64,000 nucleotides of DNA from an uncultured virus (IMG/VR IMGVR_UViG_3300027413_000005) (lineage: Duplodnaviria > Heunggongvirae > Uroviricota > Caudoviricetes), in the IMG/VR virus record IMGVR_UViG_3300027413_000005, positions 1 through 64,000 of that record; one strand, 5' to 3'. Every line of letters starts with the position of its first letter. The first letter of the stretch is position 1. Both the position numbers and the translations under genes were made by a program. The notes beneath the pieces were generated by a model. That model was not told the DNA's origin. It saw only the letters and a program-made list of their open reading frames with translations, and made no database searches. Shown in pieces: positions 18,527 through 27,520 of the stretch.

Positions 18527-18566
18527 ACAAATAGTAATAAACCAAATAAATTAATTAAACTACATT

Positions 18567-19535
18567 ATGGGTAAATTAGGAAAAATCTCTACGATTAAAA
18601 GAGAGTATAATGGTAATCAATTACAAACACTTCAAAGTGGCTTATCATCTCAAGGTATGACAAGAATTCCTGGAACAGGAGTTTTTAAATATCCTTATAA
18701 AGAATTAGATGGAAAATACAGAACAGGACTAGATCCTGATGCTGGTTATATTAAACGCATAGCAGATCCAACTGAAAGAGAACTTGAAATCGAAAGAGTT
18801 ACTGCTCTTAGAGACAGGTTACAATCATCATTGGGTGATATAGATTTAGGACCAAGAGCTAAGTTCTGGAATTACGGACTGTCTCAAGGAACTAATGATG
18901 ATCTACATGTAAAATCTGTAAAACTTTTAGATGGTGATAATTTTTATGACTTAAGTGTTCCTATTCAAGAAATTTGTTTTGCTTGGCTGAGAGTACATCC
19001 AACTATTGCATCTTCATACGGTGCATGGCAAAGAGGAGAATTTCCAGCTGATACACAGTTTTATGTTGTAAATGATGAAATTGAAAATCAACTTGTTTAT
19101 AAAAAGAAACAGTCTATCAACAAAGCAATTGTTAAGTTTGATGGAATGAGTCCAGAGAAGAAAAGAAAAGTCGGAAGGCTATTAGGACTTCCTGTAACAA
19201 ACGAATCTAAAGAAGAAGTGGTTTACAATTTAGTAGACAACATGTTAAAAGAAACCGAAATGAAAGGTGGAACATTCCAAGGATTAAATCCTATAGAAGT
19301 ATTTAACAGATTTGCTGACATGAAAGAAAATTTACTCCATATAAAAGATTTAATTAAACAAGCTATAACACACTCTATATATAGAATCAAACCAAGCGGT
19401 AAGGTTTATGAAGGAGAGTACGAAGTAGCAATGGACGAAGAAGAATTAGTAAAATATATGATTGACGAAGATAATCAAGATGACTTACTAGTACTTGAAA
19501 AGAAATTGAAATCTAAAAAACTAGCTTCTGTATAA
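18567..19535 (+). CDS. Conserved crAss-like protein downstream of MCP
   Basis: 322 aa; gene order; YRTGLD, FWN and WLRVHP motifs. Confidence 0.65.
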   Translation: MGKLGKISTIKREYNGNQLQTLQSGLSSQGMTRIPGTGVFKYPYKELDGKYRTGLDPDAGYIKRIADPTERELEIERVTALRDRLQSSLGDIDLGPRAKFWNYGLSQGTNDDLHVKSVKLLDGDNFYDLSVPIQEICFAWLRVHPTIASSYGAWQRGEFPADTQFYVVNDEIENQLVYKKKQSINKAIVKFDGMSPEKKRKVGRLLGLPVTNESKEEVVYNLVDNMLKETEMKGGTFQGLNPIEVFNRFADMKENLLHIKDLIKQAITHSIYRIKPSGKVYEGEYEVAMDEEELVKYMIDEDNQDDLLVLEKKLKSKKLASV

Positions 19536-19547
19536 GAAGTTAGTTTT
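19517..19547 (+). terminator. Hairpin overlapping the stop codon
   Basis: AAAACTAGCTTC-7 nt-GAAGTTAGTTTT. Confidence 0.5.
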
Positions 19548-19564
19548 AACAAACATAGTTAAAT

Positions 19565-20296
19565 ATGATACCAGTAGATAGTTTATTATATAAAATAGAT
19601 CAAAAACTAAATAAACTATCAACTAACGAGCACCAACAGATTGCATTAGAAGACAAAATCTTAAGCTTGAATGAAGCTCAGATTAAGTTGATAAAACAAA
19701 AAGTTGATGGTTTTAGTGTCCCTAACCGATTAGGTTATGATGCTTTTAAAAAAAGGTATGAGGATTTACAGAATCTAGTTATAGATTTTACAAATCAACC
19801 ACTTACGTTAGAGGAATCTAACAAAGAATTAAATCAATGGGATGCAGATCTTACTCTCCTAACACCTAAATACATGTTTTATGTAGATAGCTATGTGTTA
19901 GCAGACAAAGGTAGATGCAAAAATCGAAAGATATGGATTAATAAAGATCTAAGTAAACATGGAGATCTATCTATTTTACTTAACAATGATCATTATAAAC
20001 CAAGTTTTGAATATCAGGAAACCTTAAATGGCATATCCTCTAATTCAATAAGCATTTACACGGATGGAACTTTTACTCCCACAACTATACAAGTAATGTA
20101 CATGAGATATCCTGTCTATATAAATAAGGCAGGATACATTATGTTAGATGGAACACCATCGACAGATGTAAATTGCGAACTAGAACTATACTTAGAAGAT
20201 GAAATTGTAGATTTAACAGTTCAGAATCTAGCTATGTATACAGAGAATGCTGCTGCGGTTCAAAGTGCACAATTCAGAATTCAAACAAATGAATAA
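19565..20296 (+). CDS. Head-tail ring/connector protein
   Basis: 243 aa; LNEAQ...YMRYP...CEL...EIVDLTV pattern of crAss-like ring proteins; gene order. Confidence 0.65.
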   Translation: MIPVDSLLYKIDQKLNKLSTNEHQQIALEDKILSLNEAQIKLIKQKVDGFSVPNRLGYDAFKKRYEDLQNLVIDFTNQPLTLEESNKELNQWDADLTLLTPKYMFYVDSYVLADKGRCKNRKIWINKDLSKHGDLSILLNNDHYKPSFEYQETLNGISSNSISIYTDGTFTPTTIQVMYMRYPVYINKAGYIMLDGTPSTDVNCELELYLEDEIVDLTVQNLAMYTENAAAVQSAQFRIQTNE

Positions 20297-20323
20297 TTAT
20301 AACCCTAAAAAAAAGAATAAATT

Positions 20324-21460
20324 ATGAGTACATTCGCATTAACCACGTTATTCGTGGTGCCAGTAGGTCAGACAACTCTGCCTAGCACTGGTTCGACTCA
20401 AGACCTTACAAAAGGTCAAGTAGGATTTTTCAATAGCTCCTATGCTACAGTAAACGCTGGAACAATAGCTGCTTCTCCGTATTTCTACGTAGCACAAGGT
20501 AGAGAAAACACCTATTTACAAGGATCAAAAAGATCTGACAAAATTAAAGGATGCCCAACAGCTGGTGCTTCTTGCAACTCTAACGTTACAGAATGGTACA
20601 AAGCTTCTGGTTGTGATACTGCTGCTAACCAAATTACTGACGTTACAGACTTTAAAGTACAATGTGGTGAAATAGTAACATTAACACTACGTGCTTTTTC
20701 TAGTTATATTAATACTTTATACTTCAACGGATTTACACGTTCAGTAACCGTACAAGCTCCATGTTGTGAATGTGGAGGTGATGTATGTACTGATGTTGAC
20801 ACTAACGCATTAATCAACTCTTTAATTGCTAAGTTAAACCAAAGCGCTCCTGGAGATAATCCAGATAACGTATCTTTTAAAAGTTTCTTTACTTTTGAAA
20901 ATGTTGGTGGAACAATACTAAGAATCCACGGTAAACCATTAACTAAATATGGACAACCATGTGACGTTGCTGCATTCCCATTTGAATATGATAGAATGTA
21001 CTTCAACACATTTATATATGATGGACCAGCTACTACTGCTGATTTTATTGTTGCTGATTCTTGTAACATTGTTGCAACTTCTACCATAACTCAGACTTCT
21101 ACATATCCTTCAGGACTTTCTGCTGAATGGAAACAAGCAGAAATTAATTACTATAGCTACCAAGCTGGGTATTTAAAATCTCTATATAGAATGGGTGGAT
21201 ACAACGAGAACTTTGAGTCTTATGTGACTGAAGGAACTGTATATGATAGCTACTATATTCGTTTTAATGAATATGATAAAGGAGCATACCAATGGGGTGA
21301 CTATATCCATCAAGATTCTATCGTGATGATTGCTGTCCCAAATGAAGCGTCAGTTGCTGGTATTGCTACTGCTGTAGAGGCTGTCTTAGTTGGAGCTTTA
21401 GGGCCTGTTGTTGATAACAATGAGTGTATCACAACTACAACTACTACAACTGCTGCTTAA
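20324..21460 (+). CDS. Abundant virion protein (auxiliary capsid protein-like) ending in a poly-Thr tail
   Basis: 378 aa, beta-rich, Cys pairs; high-expression codons; strong terminator downstream. Confidence 0.6.
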   Translation: MSTFALTTLFVVPVGQTTLPSTGSTQDLTKGQVGFFNSSYATVNAGTIAASPYFYVAQGRENTYLQGSKRSDKIKGCPTAGASCNSNVTEWYKASGCDTAANQITDVTDFKVQCGEIVTLTLRAFSSYINTLYFNGFTRSVTVQAPCCECGGDVCTDVDTNALINSLIAKLNQSAPGDNPDNVSFKSFFTFENVGGTILRIHGKPLTKYGQPCDVAAFPFEYDRMYFNTFIYDGPATTADFIVADSCNIVATSTITQTSTYPSGLSAEWKQAEINYYSYQAGYLKSLYRMGGYNENFESYVTEGTVYDSYYIRFNEYDKGAYQWGDYIHQDSIVMIAVPNEASVAGIATAVEAVLVGALGPVVDNNECITTTTTTTAA

Positions 21461-21493
21461 TAAAAAAGTATATATAATACAATACTAACCTAT

Positions 21494-21540
21494 AATACCA
21501 GAGGTGTGAGGATAATACTCAATCCTCTGGTATTTTTTTT
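21494..21540 (+). terminator. Rho-independent terminator
   Basis: AATACCAGAGG...CCTCTGGTATT followed by a T-run. Confidence 0.85.
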
Positions 21541-21550
21541 AAATAAATTT

Positions 21551-22117
21551 ATGGCAGCTAATTTTCAGTTAGATCTTATTGTTCCTCCAAGTTATAGTGT
21601 AAATCTACTTGCTGTTACAGATGCATCTGTCTATCCAGACAGCCCTCCTGTAGTATCAGCACCTAGTATTGAGATTCAAATTCCTGGATTTGGAACAAAG
21701 ATAATCCCTTTTATACCTTTAGATACAAACATTTTTGCGTCAGATACCTTAGGCATTACTGAAGCTGGATGTAAACAACCTATTCCAGATGGAATTTACC
21801 ATTTGAAATATTCGGTTGCACCTTCATATTTAAACTATGTTGAGAAAACAATTATGCGCATAGACAAACTTCAAGAGAAATTTGACAATGCATTTTTAAA
21901 ACTTAACATGATGGAGTGTGCTAGTGAAATAAAAACACAGTCAAGTGTTACATTAAATACAATTAATTTCTTTATTCAAGGCTCTGTAGCAGCTGCTAAC
22001 AATTGTGCTGAAAAGGAATCAACAACATTATATAATCAAGCTAGTAACATGCTTGATACATTTATAAAATCAAACTGTGGTTGTACAGGTAACAACTACA
22101 CAATAAACTTTCATTAA
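21551..22117 (+). CDS. Structural (collar/hub-like) protein
   Basis: Track start 21506 lies inside the terminator, so ATG 21551 (MAANFQ) is preferred; IPDGIYHLKY motif. Confidence 0.65.
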   Translation: MAANFQLDLIVPPSYSVNLLAVTDASVYPDSPPVVSAPSIEIQIPGFGTKIIPFIPLDTNIFASDTLGITEAGCKQPIPDGIYHLKYSVAPSYLNYVEKTIMRIDKLQEKFDNAFLKLNMMECASEIKTQSSVTLNTINFFIQGSVAAANNCAEKESTTLYNQASNMLDTFIKSNCGCTGNNYTINFH

Positions 22118-22119
22118 TT

Positions 22120-22218
22120 ATGGCGCAATGTGCAGGATGTGGAGCTCAGGTGGGATGTGGTTGTAGACTAAGTAACGGTCTATGCAGCACCTGTCAGCCC
22201 AAAGTAAATAAAAAGTAA
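22120..22218 (+). CDS. Tiny Cys-rich protein (32 aa, MAQCAGCGAQVGCGCRLSNGLCSTCQPKVNKK)
   Basis: Hand-translated; 6 Cys; starts 2 nt after the upstream stop. Confidence 0.7.
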   Translation: MAQCAGCGAQVGCGCRLSNGLCSTCQPKVNKK

Positions 22219-22236
22219 AGTAAAAAAGTAAGACAT

Positions 22237-25200
22237 ATGTTATCACCAAGACTAACGAATTGTAAAGAATGTGCAAACATTCCTGATTTACTTAGAAAAA
22301 TAGATTGTAAATTAGCAGAGCTAGGAAACAACTTATACAACAATGTTGTATTTATGTTGAACAGACCTATTGCTGTTAGTCAGATTTCAGAACTGTTAGT
22401 ATACAAACGTGTACTAACTTTTCGTTATTGTGATACACATTATGCATCAGGATGTCCGGAGGTAAGTACAGAAGATATTGCAAGCAAGGTTATTCGTCTT
22501 ACTGCTGGTTGTGTTTCATTATGTAATGAACCTACAGTGTGTGAGATTACAACATGTGCTATAATTCCTTGTCCTAATCCAACAACAACAACTACAAGTA
22601 CCTCTAGTACCAGCACTACTACAACCACTAGCACCACAGCAACACCAACCACCACCACTACTACAACGATAACCCCAGATTGTAGAATAGAAGGATGCTT
22701 TGATATTATAGCTTTATCTACTACAACTACTTCAACATCTTCAACATCTTCGACTACTACTACTAGTACAACTGTTGTACCGTTTGATTGTGCAGAGCCA
22801 TTTAACTTAAGTTCTCCTGAAGCCTTTCCTAATGCTATCACTGGAAATGGAACTAAAGTATTGAGTAATGGAGTTTTGCTAACTACATCGTATACTCCAA
22901 ATACGTTTAACCAACCTCCTATCTATGTAGCTGGCGTCCCAGGCACAACAGAAGTATGTAATGGAGCATATGTAACTTCTCAGTCTGGTGGACAAGGAAC
23001 ATTGTCAATGCGTGGAGGTTCAACTGTTGTAATGGACTTTAATCCTCCAATAAATGCTATAGCGCTTGTCACTCAGGGTTATGGTTCTAGTAAAGATCCA
23101 TCAGCGCAAGAGACTGTGGTTATAACATCTACTGATGTAATTGTTGCTACTGAATTAACAGCATGTGGTGACTATGCAACAACACAAATAAGTCAAAATG
23201 AAATTAATTTAACTGGATCACAAGCTCTTTATCCAAACTATTCTGCAGGAGTTACAGCAATTTCACCAATTAGTGGAGGTATAAGTCAATTACAAATTAC
23301 AATTAACCCACCTGCTGATGCATTAGCTGGTATTGGTTTTGATTTTTATGTATGTCCTGGCAGTAGTCCAATAACTACGACAACAACTAGCACGTCTAGT
23401 ACAACTACTACTACAACAAGTAGTTCAACTAGTACAACTACTAGTACGACTACAATTGTACCAACAACAACTACAACTACAACAATTGCTGCATGTGTGG
23501 ATTGTATTCCTAGTGATGTAACAATTGGAACACAAACCTGGAGTAAGTGTAATTTAAATGTTGATACATATTTAAATGGTGATCCAATTCCAGAAGTAAC
23601 AGACCCAAGTGCTTGGGTAGGATTAACTACAGGAGCTTGGTGTTACCATAGCAATGATTCTGCAAATGAACCAACTTATGGAAAATTATATAATTGGTTT
23701 GCTGTTAATGATCCAAGAGGGTTAGCTCCTGCAGGTTATCATATTCCAACTAATGATGAACTAATTACATTAATTAATTATATTGACCCAGCTTCATCAG
23801 GAGGTGCAACTGTACCAAATAATGCAGGAGGTCCATTAAAAGAAGTACAATTCTGTCATTGGGATGCACCTAATACTGCAGCAACAAATAGTTCAGGTTT
23901 CACAGGTCTTCCAGGAGGTTTTCGTGAGCCTCTCTCTGGGGTGTTTGGTGGTATTAATGAGGGTGGTACATGGTGGAGTAGTACAGACGAGATAGTAGGG
24001 CCTGATGCTTTTGCTTTTAGTTTATACAATAATCAGACTTGGGCGTATAGAAATGACTGGAATCAAAATCACGGTTATTCAGTTCGTCTAATAAAAGATA
24101 CAGGAACTACAACAACCACCACTTTAGCACCAACAACCACTACAACTAGTACATCTAGTACATCAACTACAACTAGTACAACAACTGTTGCTCCTACTAC
24201 AACTAGTACAACAACTGTTGCTCCTACTACCACTACTACAACTACAGTGGTGGCACCAACAACAACTACAACCACAACGGTAACACCTACTACAACTACA
24301 ACAACAACTATTACACCACTAGTTGGATGTCTAGAGTTTGACTATTTAAGTCTTATAGTTAGTAGCGATTGGATTCTAGATCCACCTACTGACTCTCTAT
24401 TTGCTCGAGCAGATTATTTTACAGGACCAACTACAAACACAACAAGTTATACCAACTGGTCTCAAGTTCCAAATACCAACTATGATGTAGTATTTAATAT
24501 AGGAGGAGTAGACTATACAGCAGTGTATCAATTTATCAATGTTGGAACTGGAGGAGTTACTGTTCCTTATGGTAAATTTAGTGTTAACAGTGTCAACTTC
24601 TCAGCTATGTCTACATTCCAATTTTCAAAGATAGATGCAAATGGTAATGACTTATCATCAATACTTTCTACCTTTGATCATACAACTGGAGATGGTTATA
24701 AAGTTACTGCATATGGAGATTGTACAACACCAACAACAACAACTACAACCACTGTAGCTCCAACAACAACAACTACAACCACCTTACCTGTTTTCCTTTG
24801 TACAGATCCACTACTAACAGTATCTTTACCTGATGGAATTGTAGGAGATCCACTGAATGGAAGTGTTGTATATGATGGACTCAATCTAGCTATAACTGGT
24901 TACACTTATGGTGGGGGTAATACAACTGTATATATTGCTGGAACAGTTGCTTATACGCTTGCATTTATTGTTCCTTCAGGATATAGTAACTCAGGATCTG
25001 CTACTGGTTGCGCTGTTGCAGCAACTGGTACAACACCAACAACTACAACTACAACAACTGTTGCTCCTACTACTACAACTACAACCACTAGTGCAAAAAG
25101 CTACGATATTAATTGGCAAGTTGATGGAGGAGGAAATGGATTTAAAGAAGCAGAATTACAATTATTTAAAAATGGAGCGAGTGTAGTAACTCAAGTTATT

Positions 25201-25839
25201 ACTAATGGCACGCCTTCGGTACAAGGATTGTTTTCAAGTTCTAACGGTGATGTTATTAATGCTAAACTTACTACTAAGAACTTAACAAGTGAAGAGACTC
25301 AAGTGCAGAATAGTTTTTCATTGATAGGAGCAGGAGGTGGAGGTCTGCAAGAATTAGATACAGGTATACTACAACCACCTGCTGGTGGAGTCACAAATTC
25401 ACTTGCGACTAGTTTTAGTACTGGATATACTCAACCTGGTGTTACTAATGGTCCTTTATTATTATTTAAAGTAAATCAAGAACAAATAGCATCATCTGAA
25501 ATTACTATGTCGCTTACTAATAACGGTGCTAATTTTAACTTTGAAATAGAAGATAATGATCAGCCAGGTGATCCTGTAGTATTGAGTATACCAACAACTG
25601 GTCCACTTTGGAATGGTAATTATTATTATGACTTCTTAGTTGGTAGAGAATATACAGTTACATTTCCATATTCAAACAACGAAGTTGGAGGTGTATCTAC
25701 TGAACTAGTTATAAGCGGTGGTGGAATGACACCATTTAGCGATCAGGTGGATAATCCTTCTGGTTCAGTAAACACTATAACCCATACATTTACAGTATTA
25801 AATGCTACATCAATAGTAATTGAAGCATTTGAATATTAA
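22237..25839 (+). CDS. Modular Thr-tract virion protein including a Fib_succ_major (C-type-lectin-fold) domain
   Basis: Multiple poly-Thr linkers; VTIGTQTW..NL, YGKLYNW, GYHIPT, GFTGLPGGFR, WWSS and GYSVRLIKD at about 23515-24099. Confidence 0.85.
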   Translation: MLSPRLTNCKECANIPDLLRKIDCKLAELGNNLYNNVVFMLNRPIAVSQISELLVYKRVLTFRYCDTHYASGCPEVSTEDIASKVIRLTAGCVSLCNEPTVCEITTCAIIPCPNPTTTTTSTSSTSTTTTTSTTATPTTTTTTTITPDCRIEGCFDIIALSTTTTSTSSTSSTTTTSTTVVPFDCAEPFNLSSPEAFPNAITGNGTKVLSNGVLLTTSYTPNTFNQPPIYVAGVPGTTEVCNGAYVTSQSGGQGTLSMRGGSTVVMDFNPPINAIALVTQGYGSSKDPSAQETVVITSTDVIVATELTACGDYATTQISQNEINLTGSQALYPNYSAGVTAISPISGGISQLQITINPPADALAGIGFDFYVCPGSSPITTTTTSTSSTTTTTTSSSTSTTTSTTTIVPTTTTTTTIAACVDCIPSDVTIGTQTWSKCNLNVDTYLNGDPIPEVTDPSAWVGLTTGAWCYHSNDSANEPTYGKLYNWFAVNDPRGLAPAGYHIPTNDELITLINYIDPASSGGATVPNNAGGPLKEVQFCHWDAPNTAATNSSGFTGLPGGFREPLSGVFGGINEGGTWWSSTDEIVGPDAFAFSLYNNQTWAYRNDWNQNHGYSVRLIKDTGTTTTTTLAPTTTTTSTSSTSTTTSTTTVAPTTTSTTTVAPTTTTTTTVVAPTTTTTTTVTPTTTTTTTITPLVGCLEFDYLSLIVSSDWILDPPTDSLFARADYFTGPTTNTTSYTNWSQVPNTNYDVVFNIGGVDYTAVYQFINVGTGGVTVPYGKFSVNSVNFSAMSTFQFSKIDANGNDLSSILSTFDHTTGDGYKVTAYGDCTTPTTTTTTTVAPTTTTTTTLPVFLCTDPLLTVSLPDGIVGDPLNGSVVYDGLNLAITGYTYGGGNTTVYIAGTVAYTLAFIVPSGYSNSGSATGCAVAATGTTPTTTTTTTVAPTTTTTTTSAKSYDINWQVDGGGNGFKEAELQLFKNGASVVTQVITNGTPSVQGLFSSSNGDVINAKLTTKNLTSEETQVQNSFSLIGAGGGGLQELDTGILQPPAGGVTNSLATSFSTGYTQPGVTNGPLLLFKVNQEQIASSEITMSLTNNGANFNFEIEDNDQPGDPVVLSIPTTGPLWNGNYYYDFLVGREYTVTFPYSNNEVGGVSTELVISGGGMTPFSDQVDNPSGSVNTITHTFTVLNATSIVIEAFEY
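24166..24230 (+). repeat. Exact 30-bp tandem duplication in a Thr tract
   Basis: ACTACAACTAGTACAACAACTGTTGCTCCT twice; a 23-nt stretch of this repeat recurs at 25051-25073. Confidence 0.9.
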
Positions 25840-25861
25840 TAACAAATAAAATAAAAAAATT

Positions 25862-26944
25862 ATGTCAACACAAAATTGCTCAAATTGTTATAACGGATGC
25901 ACTGAAATTACTTCAGACAGATGTGTTAAATATACAGGAGTAGATGTTCCTATTTTAGGAATACAGACTGGGGACTCTCTATCTTTTGTAGAGCAGGCTA
26001 TTATAACTTTCTTAAGTTCTACAATTGATGGAACAGGAGTATTTCCTATAATACAACCAACTGATATATGTCCAATCGTAGAAGCTAACTTGCCAGTATG
26101 TGATCCGCTTTCTTTAAACAATTATCTTACAGGTATAGTTCAAACTATCTGTAACTTAAATGAACAAATACAACTTATAGAAGAAAGTGAACCAACCAGT
26201 GCATATGAGGTAGGATGTGTGTCAGGAGTAACAGATAACACTTCTACTCAAGATGTTTTACAACAAACTATAGTAAAGTTATGTGAAGTTGAGCAATCAC
26301 TAAATACTTTCATTACAGATGTTACTACTAACTATGTAAGAATCGTTGATATAAATACATATATAGATAACTATTTTAACACTAACCCTACACAACAATT
26401 AATAAATAATAGAATGGTTCCATTCTCTGCTCAACCTTATTTTGGAGACTTGTCTCCATTTAGTCAGTCAGGAGCTGGTATAGGCGTTTGGGATAGAATC
26501 TTTTTATGTAATGGGCAAAATGGAACACCTGATCTTAGAGGAAGAGTACCAGTTGGTACTACTAGTGGAATGGGAGGAGCTTCGTTAGATTCTGCAGTTG
26601 ACCCTAATGTAGCTGGAAACCCAACATATAATCTTAATACTCCTGTTGGAACTAACAGTGTTACATTAGGTATTACACAAATACCTTCACATACACATAC
26701 AATTACCATTGGACCATCAACGCCTACAATAACCCCTACAGGAAAGGCAGCAGGACCTTACGTTGGTAATAATATTGGTGGAGGATTTAAAGGTGGGGAT
26801 AATGACTTTAAAATGAGATCGTTTGTAGCAGATCCCCTTCCACCGCATTCACATTCTGCTACAATAAATGAGACAGGTGGAGGATTATCACATGATAATT
26901 TTCAACCTGGCCTTGGATCATATTATATAATTTACATACCTTAA
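25862..26944 (+). CDS. Tail fibre / tail-collar domain protein
   Basis: FLCNGQNGTPDLRGRVPVG, VTL...QIPSHTH and HDNFQP..YYII (phage tail collar family); Cys-rich coiled-coil N-terminus. Confidence 0.85.
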   Translation: MSTQNCSNCYNGCTEITSDRCVKYTGVDVPILGIQTGDSLSFVEQAIITFLSSTIDGTGVFPIIQPTDICPIVEANLPVCDPLSLNNYLTGIVQTICNLNEQIQLIEESEPTSAYEVGCVSGVTDNTSTQDVLQQTIVKLCEVEQSLNTFITDVTTNYVRIVDINTYIDNYFNTNPTQQLINNRMVPFSAQPYFGDLSPFSQSGAGIGVWDRIFLCNGQNGTPDLRGRVPVGTTSGMGGASLDSAVDPNVAGNPTYNLNTPVGTNSVTLGITQIPSHTHTITIGPSTPTITPTGKAAGPYVGNNIGGGFKGGDNDFKMRSFVADPLPPHSHSATINETGGGLSHDNFQPGLGSYYIIYIP

Positions 26945-26956
26945 AATAAAAACAAA

Positions 26957-27268
26957 ATGGCATACTTACCTGTAAATCCTTGTTGCACAGATGTAGTTTC
27001 AAACACTCCTTGTGGATGTTCAAGCACTACAAGCAATAATCCTTGTGCAACTGGGGTACATTATTCAAAGTCTATTACATACAATGGACCTGTATTACCT
27101 TGTTCAAATGTGCAACCTTGTGATGATTTAAACATTGCTTTGTCTAAAATTGACGCAATTATTTGTACATTGGTAAACCAACAAGCAATCAATACATCTG
27201 AAATTGCTACTATAAAGCAGCAAGTAATAAGTATAAATCAAACATTAACAACTTGTTGTGACTCATAA
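26957..27268 (+). CDS. Cys-rich small fibre-associated protein
   Basis: ITYNGPVLPC...DDLNIALSKID resembles the N-terminus of 25862..26944. Confidence 0.75.
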   Translation: MAYLPVNPCCTDVVSNTPCGCSSTTSNNPCATGVHYSKSITYNGPVLPCSNVQPCDDLNIALSKIDAIICTLVNQQAINTSEIATIKQQVISINQTLTTCCDS

Positions 27269-27516
27269 TGGAAGCAATCTTAACACTAAATACAGCAGGA
27301 AATAATACTGGATCTTTTAATCTGTTTTCAGACGTAGATGGATTTAGTGTTGCTTTTCAAACAAATGTAACTAAAACCCAGTTATTGAATGGGTATACAG
27401 CTGTGATGCCTGATTACACTACTATAGTAAAAGTAGCATCAGGTTCAGTTTGTAAAAATAGTATTGAGATAACACTAGAACAAACAACCACAACAACCAC
27501 CACAATAACACCGTAG
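27268..27516 (+). CDS. Stand-alone ~70-aa repeated module plus Thr tail
   Basis: TGSFNLFSD...FQTNVTKTQLLNGY...TTIVKVAS...C; paralogous to five other N-termini. Confidence 0.8.
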   Translation: MEAILTLNTAGNNTGSFNLFSDVDGFSVAFQTNVTKTQLLNGYTAVMPDYTTIVKVASGSVCKNSIEITLEQTTTTTTTITP

Positions 27517-27520
27517 GACA

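Noticed and set aside
23910..24099. Diversity-generating retroelement acting on the Fib_succ domain
   Set aside because: No reverse transcriptase and no template-repeat copy seen in the window; cannot be excluded elsewhere in the genome
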